A stretch of DNA of 63,016 nt, filler included, from Chiloscyllium plagiosum (taxonomy: Eukaryota): the NCBI RefSeq assembly GCF_004010195.1. It is 3 parts of one record of this genome, joined end to end, with 100 filler letters (N's around TTAATTAATTAA, not from the genome) between each part and the next. Parts side by side here need not be neighbours in the genome. Positions count along the whole stretch, not along the records: positions 1 to 19,015 come from NC_057715.1; 2 more parts are not named here. One strand, 5' to 3'. The notes below the pieces were generated by a model. The model ran no database searches and was not told the origin of the DNA. It was given only the letters and a program-made list of their open reading frames with translations. A program made the translations under genes and the position numbers. Positions 1 to 11,778 of the stretch are shown here, piece by piece. The first letter of the stretch is position 1; each line of letters begins with the position of its first letter.

Positions 1-283
1 GGTATATTGGGTCTAGGTCGATGTGTTTGTTGATGGAGTTTGTTGATGTGATCCACAAACTCCATCAACAAACACATCGACCTGGACCCAATATACCGGC
101 CACTATAGCGGACAGCTGAAACTGACAACCGGAAGTGGCAGGGACAGGCCACTATAAATGCGGGAGGAAACACCACAGAAGCGCTTCACAGGAGGCTCCC
201 AAGCACTGAGGATGTCACCTAGACAGGGGACGAAACGTTTGCAACAAAAACTTCCAGCTCGGTGAACAGAACCACAGCAGCAG
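1..283. mobile_element. Penelope-like element end with inverted duplication (runs off window start)
   Basis: 1-41 is the reverse complement of 57-97 (one mismatch). The + arm reads NSINKHIDLDPIYRPL (PLE GIY-YIG C-terminus) and ends in an HHR motif; related to 55470-56655. Confidence 0.85.
206..239 (+). ncRNA. Minimal type-I hammerhead ribozyme motif (PLE-borne)
   Basis: gca-CTGAGGA-t-GTC(acctagacaggg)GAC-GAAACGTT-tgc: conserved core, stem II, ACGT palindromic stem III, 3-bp stem I gca/tgc. Confidence 0.75.
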
Positions 284-371
284 TTGGGAAGTCATGTTAA
301 GACCATAAGACATAGGAGCAGAAATTAGGCCATTCAGCCCATCAAGTCTTTCCGCCATTCATTCATAATAA

Positions 372-540
372 AGAAGCATGAGGCTGGAAGAACACAGCAA
401 GCCAGGCGGCATCAGGAGGTGGAGAAGCCAACGTTTCAGGTGTAAACCTTCTTCAGGACCTTCTGATGCTGCCTGTCTTGCTGTGTTCTTCCAGCCTCAT
501 GCCTGTCGACTTTGGATTCCAGCATCTGCAGGTCTTTTGT
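372..540. mobile_element. Short fold-back PLE terminal fragment inserted in the CR1 tail
   Basis: 375-415 is inverted relative to 458-502; near-direct flanks cgccattcattcat (353-366) and cgtcattcaatcat (545-558); contains an HHR core. Confidence 0.75.
430..456 (-). ncRNA. Minimal type-I hammerhead ribozyme motif
   Basis: Minus strand reads CTGAAGA-AGGT-ttac-ACCT-GAAACGTT: canonical core spacing, perfect 4-bp stem II. Confidence 0.75.
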
Positions 541-1530
541 CACCCGTCATTCAATCATGGCTGGTAATTTTCTCAATCCCATTCTCCTGCCTTCACCCCA
601 TAATACTTGATCCACTTGATACTTAAGAACCTATCTAGCTCGGTCTTAAATATACTCCATCACCAGGCCTGCACAGCCTTCTGTGGCTGTGAATTCCAGA
701 GATTCCCCACTCTCTGGCTGAAGAAGTTTCTCCTTATCTCCATTCTAAAAGACCTTCCCTTTACTCTAAGGCTGAGCCCACTGGTCCCAATCTCTCCTAC
801 CAATGGAAACATCTTCCCAACATCCACTCTGTGCTGGCCATTCATTATTCTGTAGGTTTAAATTAGATCCCCCCCCATCCTTCTAAACTCCATTCAGTAT
901 AGACCAGAGTCCTTATATGTTCAGCTTTTCATTTCAGGGACTATTCTCATCAACCTTCTGCGAACACGGTCCAAGACCAGTCCATCCTTCCTGAGATATG
1001 GGGCTGAAAACTGCACACAATGCTCCAGATGTATTCTGACCAGAGCCTTATAGAGCCTCAGAAGTACATCCCTGTTTTTATGTTAAAGTCCTCTTGAAAT
1101 AAATGCCATCATTGCGTTTGCCTTCCGAACAACTGACTCAACCTGCATGTTTACCTTGAGAGAAACCTGGACTAGGACTCCCAAGTTTCTTTGCACTTCA
1201 GAATTCTGAACTTTCATCCCATTTAGAAATCAGTCCATGCTTCTATTCCTCCTACCAAAGTGCATGACCTCACACTTTTCCACATTGTACTCTGTGTACA
1301 ACTTCTTTGCCCACTCTCCTAACCCATCCAAATCCTTCTGCATCCCCCCAGCTCCTCAATTCAACATGTTCCTCTACCTATCTTTGTATCACCTGCAAAA
1401 GTATATGTTGAGGTTATACAGGAGATTTGGTGAGGCCACTTCTGAAGTACTGTATCTGTTCTGGTTGCCCAGTTATAGGAAGGATTTGATTAAGCTGAAG
1501 AGGGTTCAGAAGAGATTTACCAGGATATTG

Positions 1531-1710
1531 TCGGGTTCACTAATGCCCTTCAGGGAAGGAAACCACCATCCTTACCTGTTCTGGCCTACATGTGACTCCT
1601 GACCTACAGCAATGTGGTTGACTCTTAACTGCTCTCTAGGCAATTAGGGATGGGCAATAAATGCTGCCCTCGCCAGCAGTGCTCTCACCCTGTGAATGAA
1701 CAAAAAAAAA
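1531..1710 (+). mobile_element. Short LINE-type 3' tail (CR1/L2-group) with A-tail, inserted in CR1
   Basis: gcaattagggatgggcaataaatgctg...tgaatgaac followed by an A run; the same tail occurs at about 40590-40660(+), 15950-16000(-) and 43620-43680(-). Confidence 0.65.
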
Positions 1711-2101
1711 GGGAGGTTTGAGTTATAAAGAAAGGCTGGATAGGCTGAGACTTTGTTTTTTCACTGGAGGTTGAGAGGTGACCTTATGGAAGTGTATAAA
1801 ATAATGAGAGGCATAGATAGAGTTAATGGGAGGTGTCTTTTCTCAAGGATGGGGGATTTCAAGACTAGGGGGCACACTTCTCAGGTGAGAGGAGAGAGAT
1901 TTTAAAAAAGACACAGGGAGCAATTTCTTTTACACAGTAGGTGGTTCGTGCATGCAGTGAACTTCCTGAGGAAGTAGTGATGTAGGCACGATTATAATAT
2001 TTAAAAGACACTTGGATAAGCACATGAATAGGAAAGGTTTTGAGAGATATGGGCCAGGAGCAGGTAGGTGGGACTAGTTTAGTTTGGGATTATGTTCAGC
2101 A

Positions 2102-2301
2102 AGGAGGAGAAAGTGAGGACTGCAGATGCTGGAGACCAGAGTTGAAAAGTGTGGTGCTGGAAAAGCATAGCAGGCAGGGCAGCATCTGAGGAGCAGGAGA
2201 ATCGACGTTTCTGAAGAAGGGCTTATGCCCAAAACTTCGATTCTCCTGCTCCTTGGATGCTGCCTGGCTTGCTGCGCTTTTCCAGCACCACACTTTTCAA
2301 C
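2102..2301. mobile_element. Fold-back PLE terminal fragment with 13-bp target-site duplication
   Basis: TSD attatgttcagca at 2089-2101 and 2302-2314; arms inverted about 2210; degenerate HHR ctgaagaagggcttatgcccaaaac at 2211. Confidence 0.85.
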
Positions 2302-2364
2302 ATTATGTTCAGCATGGGCTGATTGGACTGAAGGGTCTGTTTCTATGCTGTATGACTCTGATTT

Positions 2365-2500
2365 ATGTGCAGGCTAGATGCATTAGCCATGGGAACGCAG
2401 GGTTACAGGGACAGGGTAGGGGGTGTGATGCTTTTCAGAGGGAAGATGTAGACTTGATGGGCAGAATAGCCTCCTTCCCCACTGTCGAGATTCTATGATA
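2365..2500 (+). mobile_element. HE1/V-SINE 3' fragment
   Basis: Matches the tail of the full copies (gacttgatgggc...cactgt...gattctatga). Confidence 0.6.
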
Positions 2501-5500
2501 ATGAAGCCACAGCTGCTGCATTTCTTGCTCCCAGTTACTGTTTTGGTCTGTGAGTCCTTCCTTGCTAGTTTGCTACTGAGACCTCATCCAAGATGGCCAC
2601 CCCTTCTGACAGGAAGTGCCTCTGTTGGAGGAAAATAATATAAAATGGCCCCTGGTTGAACCTGCACAATAGCCAATATGCTGCAGTGTGTAGAGATCTG
2701 CCTTATCTCCCACTGTTGTTAAAAAACCCCGATGATCAATCCACATCAAAGAGTTCATCTAACTAGCAACCCAGAAGTTTACCAGTGTCCCACCTCTGAG
2801 CCTGCCTCCCCTGTGGGTGCTAAATCCTGGTTTTCAGTGGCATATTTTCAATGCAATTGCAATACAATTGGAATCCTTGATGTATATTTAACAATTGTCA
2901 CACAAGTATTCCAGTGTTAAGAAATTAATCCATTTAATCAAGGAAATTAGGTATTAATTACATTAATACAATGTTCAGTTAATCATTTCAAACATCTAAC
3001 ACAGATATGAATCTTTGCCAAGTTTAAGACTCATAAATAAGGAAGAGCAGGCAGATTTCGGAGGTCCTGAAGCTGTGGCAGATAGTCACACTCTTGTGAG
3101 TTCTGCAACTAAATAAACGTGCTGAGACTCAAAGAATAGCCCATAAATCTTACTAAATGTAGTCTTCTCATCAAAATAAAAAAAGTTTTTCACATTAAAT
3201 AATGGCTGCCTATTCTGCTAAGCTACATACAGCAAGAAAATTTATTTTAAACTGGATGGTAAATATACATTTTGATTACTCACAAGCAGATCAGTTGTCT
3301 TTGGCACAGAATTGCGTTCTTTGAGTAAAATAACTCCTCAATAAAGGTTGAGACAAAACCCAAAAATACATTTAAGTTATATTGGAATTTTAGAATACAT
3401 TTTGTAACATATTTGTTTGAATATTCTGAATTCAAGTGGATTTTCGTTTACCATATAATTATTTGTAATTAAGTTGGTTATCTACAGTTAATTGGATTTA
3501 CTTAGTCTTCATTATGTCTTTAGAATAATTAATGAGTTTAAATATCTCATACCATAAGTATTACAATATATGTGGCAAAATAATGTAATTAATAATTAAT
3601 TCTCATAATAAAATGTCATTAATTAATCATTAGAAAGTTACAGACTCTCATTAAATGCTTCAAAAATCTGACTTACAAAACAAATGAATAAAAATTTAGA
3701 TTAATTCTAAAGTTGGAGTCTTTCAAGTGAGGTGCTTCTTGCTGTATTACACCTCTGTAGATGTACTTGATTTTGACAAAAATTTGGAAAATAGAAAACC
3801 CCGAGGGAGGACGATATTAAATTTTTGGATGTAGTCAGCATTACTACTTGTAGACTATGTTTGTATACTGATGTGAAATCTCTCTGAGTTGTGGATTTGG
3901 CCTAACAATATTCAACTGGATAAATTAACCCTGTCGGAGATAGGAGGCGGTGTTGTGAAGGTGGTAGAGCCAATAACACAAAGAATTGTGACACCTGTCT
4001 GTGAAAGAGGGAGGTTCTGGAGTGAGAATAAAAATGCCCTTCACACCACTCTTTGTGGAAAAAGAATAGTAAGAATGTTCCCCACATATCTCAATCTCTC
4101 CCCCTATTTTCCTCTAACAGTCACTGCCTTCACATACACAACCTCTGTATTCAGTTCTAGTCTATGGCCTCTAATACTTAACAGCCTTGATCGTTTCAAC
4201 CCTTCCTCCATCCTATGATCATAGATTAAATGTGAGGCATCCACGTCTATCTTCCAAGTTTAACAGTTACTAACATGGATTTCCCAGGCTTCACTAAGTT
4301 ACAGACTAGTACATAATGAAGGGAAATGTATTTACAGCAAAACTTGTGAATCAGAAGGAGGAAGTGTGCCACTGGCCTTTCCTGACATTCTCACGTTGGT
4401 GACCACATGCCCCATCCTGACCCTGGAACAGAAAAACAGTGTTGGGATCTGTGAGGTGATTTCTCCCAAGATCTTGGCTCCTACATTTCCATGAGCCCAG
4501 CAGCATGTTTCTGACTGCTCGTGATCTGTGGCCATCTCTGGTTTGTTCCCTGCATGATAGGTAGATCAGCAAATTGTCTCTGGCCAAGGAACTTGCCAGA
4601 GAGAAAATATGCATAGTATAAAATCAGAACTCCTGAAGAAATCTCTTCACCTCCACAACTCACAAAATCCACCACTGGTAAGGTTGGACCCAAATCCTTT
4701 TGCATTATGGTCACAAAGCAAGAGCAACTACAGATTTAGTTCTTTGATTTTTAACCAGTGAGTCAGATATGGCAGAATGTCAGTTCATAAATGGAGCAAA
4801 TATCCCCCAGTACATTTTATATTGTTGTAACTGTTGTAGTGACCATTCCTATAACTGGAAGAAAACTCGAGAGTACTTTTGCCAACTGGACGGATGGAAG
4901 TTGGGTAAGAATGAGATCAAAATGTGGCATTATTAGAAAGAGCCAATCAAGGGTCAGGACTGATGAACAAAAACTCTCTCAAATGTGTCACCAGCCCCAG
5001 GAGAGTCATCAAGGCTTTTGTTGATGAGATAAAGTTACCATAGCTCTAGTGGACCATAGGGTCACTGTCCCATTAAACACAGATAACTGATGGCAGTTTA
5101 ATCTGTGGTCGGATTATTGTGATTGACAGCTTCCTGATAGTGAGGCCTTGCACAAGCCCTGAATTTATGCCTTTAACCCTGAACTTACACATTTGGTGCT
5201 AAATTTATGTGCTTGGCCTGGGTTGTTTTGAAACCAAAGGACTTTGCACCTTAACCAAAATGGCACTGGAGCTTCAACTTCTCTTTACCAGCAATTTTGT
5301 GCTGGATGGGGTTAAAAGGGATGTTGTTTGATAATGTCTCAAGAAAATATATCATCACACGATGCAAGTTTATGGTCCGATGGATTTATTTGGAAGTACA
5401 AGCTTTCGGAGCACTGATCCTTCATCAGGTAGCTAGTGTTGTAGGATTATAGGACACAGAATAAACAGCAAACGATCATAGTGTCATACAACTGATATGA

Positions 5501-5548
5501 TATATTGAACAAACTTAGATTGCCGTAAAGTCTTTCATCTTTTAGAAG

Positions 5549-6013
5549 TCATGATTTGGAGATGCCGGTGTTGAACTGGGGTGTACAAAGTTAAAAATCA
5601 CACAACACCAGGTTATAGTCCAACAGGTTTAATTGGAAGCACACTAGCTTTTGGAGCGACGCTCCTTCATCAGGTGGTAGTGGAGGGCTCGGTCGTAACA
5701 CAGAATTTATGGCAAAAATTTGCAGTGTGATGTAACTGAAATTATACATTGAAGAATTGATTGTCTGTTAAGCCTTTCATCTGTTAGAATACAGTGATAG
5801 TTTCACTTCTTTCATGTGTAAATCACAACACTTTTTTAAAAAGTTGCATTCTCGGGTTAGCTGTTAACAATGGTGATAGCTAGACAATATGTTGAAGGTG
5901 TTAGCCCCCTGTGTTAAGATTGAGCCCTCCACTACCACCTGATGAAGGAGTGTCGCTCCGAAAGCTAGTGTGCTTCCAATTAAACCTGTTGGACTATGAC
6001 CTGGTGTTGTGTA
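5549..6013. mobile_element. Young PLE terminal fragment (fold-back) nested in older PLE
   Basis: 12-bp TSD atcttttagaag at 5537-5548 and 6014-6025; near-identical to copies at 7740 and 14457. Confidence 0.9.
5939..5967 (+). ncRNA. Minimal type-I hammerhead ribozyme motif
   Basis: cac-CTGATGA-a-GGAGT-gtc-GCTCC-GAAAGCTA-gtg; AGCT palindromic stem III. Confidence 0.7.
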
Positions 6014-7739
6014 ATCTTTTAGAAGGGGTTTCAGGTTTCAATTCATTAATCACAGAACTTCTTCCAAGTCACATTCCCAAAATAATTTTAAGTTTTTAAT
6101 TAAAAAAGCGTAACATTCAGCTCAGGCAATGCTTTAAAGATGTGAGGTTAGAGTCTGTCTGTATTCAAATCTTGAGTCAATCTTGACGAATTTATAAAAT
6201 GTCACATGGGTTAGAAAAACATATTGCGTGTTTGTTTGAAAAAGAAACGTATCTGCAAATACAATTCACCCCATTGACTTGTGTGTCTGAGTGCACGTGA
6301 CAGGGGGAGAGAGAGTGTGAGAGACAGCTTGGTTGAGTTTGATGGAGTATATGCCTGTGAGAGGATGTGTATGAGAGACGGTCTGCGTGAGTGTGTGAGT
6401 TTGTAAGTGTGTGTGTGGGAGAGTGTATAGTGTGGTCGGGTCACCTGTAGTGTGACATGAACCCTAAGTCCCAGTTGAGGCCATCCTCATGGGTACTGAG
6501 CTTGGCTATCAGCCTCTGTGTTGATGGGTGTCCTGAAGCCCGCCTTGGAGGATGGTCACATGAAGGTCCCTGAGTGACTGGGAGGAAACACTCTGTCAGG
6601 TGATTGTTGCACAGTGTCCATTCATCTGTTGATGTAGTGTCAGCTTTGTCTCGCCAATGTACCAGGCCTCAGGGCATCCTTGCCTGCAGCGTATGAGATA
6701 GACCACATTGGCCGAGTCACCTGCCATGTACACGGTGGGTGGTGTCCCCATGCGTAATGGTGGTATCCATGTCAACATTCCGACATGTCATGACAGGGTT
6801 GACAATTGTCATACAGGTGTGTTCCCTCCCAGTCAGGGAACACTTTAGCAGTCCGGGACATTCGGCCTCGGATCTTCGGGTGACGAAAAGTGGGCTTTGG
6901 GATACGCAACAACACAGAGTGGCCAAACAGAGGCTGATAGCCAAGTTTGGTACCCATGAGGATGGCCTCAACTGGGACCTTGAGTTCGTGTCACACTACA
7001 AGTGACCCCACTACAATATATACACACACACACCCTCTCACAGGCATATACTCCATCACACTCTATCAAGCACGTACACACTCACACTCCTCCCTGTTTC
7101 CCACACACACACTCTTTCTCTCACGCTTCAAATAAATACAGACCATCCTGTTTTAACACCATCACCTTGATTAGTTGGTATGATCTCTCTACCTTGATTA
7201 GTTTGTACAGTTCTGGATTACTTGTCAGTTTGGTTAGACTCTGGGCATGTAACTCTTATACCTATTATATTATTCTAGTCAAATAAAAACTAAAAGAACT
7301 GCAGACGCTGTACATCAGGGGCAGGGGTTGCCGGGGGTGTGGTGTGAGGAGGGGGGAGGGGGCAGGGGATTGTGGATAATGGGGTTTCAGTCGGTCTGGC
7401 AGCATCTGGGAAGAGACATTCGAGTGAACATTTCAGGTCCAGGTGACCCTTCCTCTGGTTTTTCTTCACCAAGTGCTGCCGAATGTGTTGTGCTTTACCA
7501 GCAGCTTCAGTTTTTGGTTCCATGTTATTCATCTCATTTGGTTTATCTCTCTGCCTCAGTTAATCAGGTTATAGGTCATCCCATTGGTTCTTATACAGCT
7601 GTTAACACTTTACTCACACCATCTAACACCCTTGGTCACCTGCAGAGACTTATTATTCAACACTTCACTCACACCATTCTTCTGATCTCTTTGCTAATAA
7701 ATTCTGTGACTGTGTGCTTCACTTCCCTTCACCTGATGA

Positions 7740-8259
7740 TTTGGAGATGTTGGACTGGGGTGTACAAAGTTATAAATCACACAACACCAGGTTATAGTCC
7801 AACAGGTTTAATTGGAAGCACACTAACTTTCGGAGCACGCTCCTTCATCAGGTGATAGTGGAGGGCTCGATCGTAACACAGAATTTATAGCAAAAATTTA
7901 CAGTGTGATGTAACTGAAATTATACATTGAAAAATTGATTGTCTGTTAAGCCTTTCATCTGTTAGAATACAGTGATAGTTTCACTTCTTTCATGTCTAAA
8001 TCACACAACCTTTTTTTTAAAAAAGCATTCTCGGGTCAGCTGTTAACAATGGTGATAGCTAGACAATATGTTGAAGGTGTGGGCCCACACCTTCAAAATA
8101 TTGTCTAGCTATCACCANNNNNNNNNNNNNNNNNNNNNNNNNNNNNNNNNNNNNNNNNNNNNNNNNNNNNNNNNNNNNNNAAATTCACCACACAAAATAT
8201 ATGTGTGCATGTGGGTCTTTGTCTGCCTGTGTGTCTGTCTGTCTGTCTGGGGTGGGGGT

Positions 8260-8290
<31 letters not shown>

Positions 8291-8814
8291 AGTGCAATGT
8301 TGATCACCTGTAATGTGACATGAACCCAAGGTCCCGGTTGAGGCCCTCCCTATGGGTACCGAACTTAGCTATCAGCCTCTGCTCGGCCACATTCCTCTGA
8401 GCTCAAAAACTGCATGAATTTATGTAAAACTCTGTTATCTCACTTTTTCGATTAGAATCAGTCTAAACATCAGGTCATAGACAGAGAACACAGGCTGGCA
8501 ACACCTTCAACATATTGTTTAGCCATCATCATTGTTAACAGCTAACCCGAGAATGCAACCTTAAAAAAAAGGTTTTGTGATTTAGACATGAAAGAAGTGA
8601 AACTATCACTGTGTTATAACAGATGAAAGGCTTAACAGACAATCAATTTTTCAATGTATAATTTCAGTTACATCACACTGCAAATTTTTGCCATAAATTC
8701 TGTGTTACGACCGAGCCCTCCACTATCACCTGATGAAGGAGCGTCGCTCCGAAAGCTAGTGTGCTTCCAATTAAACCTGGACTATAACCTGGTGTTGTGT
8801 GATTTTGAACTTTG
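7740..8814. mobile_element. Young PLE (inverted arms, spans a 63-N gap) inserted at the HHR of the older PLE
   Basis: Flanks ttcacctgatga (7728-7739) and ttcatctgatga (8815-8826); 7770-8080 is inverted relative to 8500-8805; GIY-YIG tail fragment 8310-8400(-); (GT)n at 8265-8290. Confidence 0.85.
8730..8758 (+). ncRNA. Minimal type-I hammerhead ribozyme motif (intact)
   Basis: cac-CTGATGA-a-GGAGC-gtc-GCTCC-GAAAGCTA-gtg: perfect 5-bp stem II and 3-bp stem I. Confidence 0.8.
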
Positions 8815-9109
8815 TTCATCTGATGAAGCAAGTATGCTCTGAAAGCTTGTGGTTTCAAATAAACCTGTTAGACTATATCCTGGTGTCATGTGATTTCTAA
8901 CTTAATTCATGGCATTTGTGTGTTGTCTTCATGTCCCTCTTAGATATAACCTAATTTCAAAGAGGACTTTGTTGCTAATTTTTCTTGCTAATTATGATGG
9001 TGTCTTTAATAACTAAGTCCCACATGAATCTTTATCTTTAAAAGCTTTTATTAGATATGCATGTCTTGCCTAATATTTGTAAATGTTTCTCAATGAAATC
9101 TATATTTCT

Positions 9110-9640
9110 CACCAGGTATCATCTCAGACACCTCACAGAGGAGTTATAGCCTTTATTTCCATCCAGATGGTGTACTCCGCAAGGAGTAGACAATATGCAA
9201 AATATGCCAAGATTGACACTAGCGTAGGTGCAAGCATTATCCCTTCACGTTTCTTACATAAGAAGAATTCAGAAAATGGGCATAATGTCGTTCAGTAACT
9301 GCTTATAACTGGCCTGACATTCCATGCATTGACATTATCCACCTTCAAAGTCAAACAGACCCCTGGGATGGACACTTGGAATATTTTACATCATTGAAAT
9401 GGATGGCCCTTTATCAGTTGCCCACCAGTATACATAGATCTGCACAGTATCACAACCCATTAGATGACAAATCCATCACTTACAACACCAAAGAATCCAA
9501 ACTGAAAGATCAAGTCTTTCTATCACCTGAATTAATGTTTACCCAGACCAATTCTTTGCTATTGGTAACTTTAAAGGTGGTGCAGTATTCCATCTGAAAG
9601 ACGATGAACAATGCAGCTTTGATCATCACCTTCAACCTCC
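9110..9640 (+). mobile_element. Degenerate Ty3/Gypsy pol remnant (aspartic protease to pre-RT linker)
   Basis: ORF 9083-9298 AKIDTSVGASIIP resembles retropepsin KIDTGAxAxIxP. Near 9540-9610 another frame reads YPDQFFAIGNFKGGAVFHLKDDE, typical of the Gypsy segment preceding RT. Confidence 0.65.
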
Positions 9641-9877
9641 AGTAACCTCGCCACACTGTGTAACTGTAACAAGCACATTCAAGGAAAACTCAAAATCAAA
9701 TTACATTCTGTGATATATCATCCAGAAAATCAAGCATTATCATAATTATTGGTGCAGAGATATTACTCACATTTTGTAGAAAAATAACTATATATATTCA
9801 GAACTTCTTCAGAAGAGTCACTGGACCTTTATTTATTTGTTAATTCATTTATTATTTATTTATATTATATATATTTC

Positions 9878-10515
9878 TTTATGCTTTCCTTTATTGGTCA
9901 GAATATTGAGTACAGGAGTTGGGAGGTCATGTTGCGGCTGTACAGGACATTGGTTAGGCCACTGTTGGAATATTGCGTGCAATTCTGGTCTCCTTTCTAT
10001 CAGAAAGATGTTGTGAAACTTGAATGGGTTCAGAAAAGATTTACAAGAATGTTGCCAGGGTTGGAGGGGTTGAGCTATAGGGAGATGCTGAATAGGCTGG
10101 AGCTGTTTTCCCTGGAGCGTTGGAGGCTGAGGGGTGACCTTATAGAGGTTTACAATATTATGAGGGGCATGGATAGGATAAATAGACAAAGTATTTTCCC
10201 TGGGGTCGGGGAGTCCAGAACTAGAGTTCATAGCTTTAGGGTGAGAGAGGAAAGACATAAAAGAGACCTAAGGAGCAACTTTTTCACGCAGAGGGTGGTA
10301 TGTGTATGGAATGAGCTGCCAGAGGAAATGATGGAGGCTAGTACAATTGAAACACTTATGAGGCATTTGGATGGGCATATGAATAGGAAGAGTTTGGAGG
10401 GATATGGGCTGGGTGCTGGCAGGTGGGACTAGATTGGGTTGGGATATCTGGTCGGCATGGACGGGTTGGACCGAAGGGTCTGTTTCCATGCTGTACATCT
10501 CTATGACTCTATGAC
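9878..10515 (+). mobile_element. CR1 LINE 3' end, young (open 183-aa ORF2 C-terminus)
   Basis: LYRTLVRPLLEYCVQFWSP..VQKRFTRMLPG..LRGDLIEVY..FFTQRVVCVWNELP; tail ctatgactctatgac. Confidence 0.95.
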
Positions 10516-11577
10516 CCAAAACATTAACTCTAACTTCTCTCCACAGAAGCTGCCGGACCTGCTGAGATTTTCCAGCAATTTCTGTTTTTGCATTTATTTC
10601 TCCACTTTTTACATACGCTGAACAGTGCAATTACAAGGCTCCTCATTAAATGACCCCTAAAGAGTCCCAAACTTTGTAATTTCCTCATTGAAGATTTAGA
10701 TGTCCTCTTCAAGACCTTTAATGACTTTGGAATGAGCTCATCTACTACGTAAGTGGAAGTCAGATATCCCTTCTTGTTTTGGAAGGATCCGTTGATACCT
10801 TCATGAATTTCTAACTCACAAACCAAGCTCGCCCTGACTGGCAATTAAAAATCCAGCCTGAAAATTACATACCATCCTCAAACTGTGGTCACCTCAAAGC
10901 CTGTGCAATTACAACTAAAATGAAGCTGTCGTAAAATCTACTCAGGTTATAGTACTATTGATTCCTCTTTATACTTCAGTAATATTGATCATTCACCTTT
11001 GCTTATTAAACAGGGTGGTATCAATCCATTTAAATTAGTAACCAACAAGCTTTGAACCTTGACCAGCTTTAGGAATAAAGAATAAGAGACTTAATTAAAA
11101 ATGTGCCCTTTGATTTTTGTTTTAAATGTTTTAAGGAATCTTAATCATTTGATAACATGCTCAGGAAAACTGTTATTTCAGCATGTGAAAGCATCCCACA
11201 CATAAATCATTCTTTTTTAATTGGCATTTATTTAGAATCAGGAGATTACTAGATGAAATGAAATACTGATACCATATGGTCTAATATGTCAAGATGCCCC
11301 TGGTTAGAATTCCAGTTTTATATAACAAAAGCAAACTTTTGTTCTGATCCCAGCTAACAGCAATACTGGACAGGGCACATGCCAATGCAAAACCTGTTTG
11401 ATAGACCCCAGGTTTTAATCTTGCTATTTATTTACTATGACACTGAGCTCATAAGAGGGTATCACTGCACTTTTAACAACAGAACATAAGCATTTATTAG
11501 ACAAAGGGAAATAAAAACATGAGCAAAGTTATATGGCACAATAATTATATTTAAATGTCTTATTACAAAGATTGAAA

Positions 11578-11778
11578 CTGAAAATGTGTTGCTGGAACAG
11601 CGCAGCAGGTCAGGCAGCATCCAGGGAACAGGAGAATCGACGTTTCGGGCATAAGCCCTTCTTCAGGCTTATGCCCGAAACGTCGATTCTCCTGTTCCCT
11701 GGATGCTGCCTGACCTGCTGCGCTGTTCCAGCAACACATTTTCAGCTCTGATCTCCATCTGCAGACCTCACTTTCTCC
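11578..11778. mobile_element. Near-perfect fold-back PLE terminal fragment inside the LTR
   Basis: 11578-11656 is the exact reverse complement of 11667-11745; TSD tacaaagattgaaa (11564-11577) and tacaaatattgaaa (11779-11792). Confidence 0.9.
11639..11666 (-). ncRNA. Minimal type-I hammerhead ribozyme motif (intact)
   Basis: Minus strand CTGAAGA-a-GGGC-ttat-GCCC-GAAACGTC (GUC cleavage triplet, ACGT palindrome). Confidence 0.8.

Larger units (their letters stand above)
300..1395 (-). mobile_element. CR1 LINE 3' fragment (degenerate ORF2 C-terminus and 3' UTR)
   Basis: ORF 660-845(-) has RRNFFSQRVGNLWNSQP, the CR1 C-terminal FFSQRVVNxWNxLP motif; short tail repeat near 300; interrupted at 372-540. 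Confidence 0.9.
1400..2360 (+). mobile_element. CR1 LINE 3' fragment with two nested insertions
   Basis: Reads FWLPSYRKDLIKLKRVQKRFTR; CR1 3' UTR ending ctatgactct; insertions at 1531-1710 and 2102-2301. Confidence 0.9.
5340..7739. mobile_element. Older Penelope-like element with inverted arms and GIY-YIG endonuclease remnant
   Basis: 6596-6778(-) NVVYLIRCRQGCPEAWYIGETK..QQMNGH is a GIY-YIG motif; 6739-7005(+) LPVREHFSSPGH..QRLIAKFGTHEDGLN is the PLE C-terminus. Arms invert near 6790; HHR core at 5400-5428(-); the right terminus continues at 8815-8905. Confidence 0.9.

Noticed and set aside
4332..4714. Three overlapping minus-strand ORFs
   Set aside because: No recognisable domain; probably an old transposon-derived segment.
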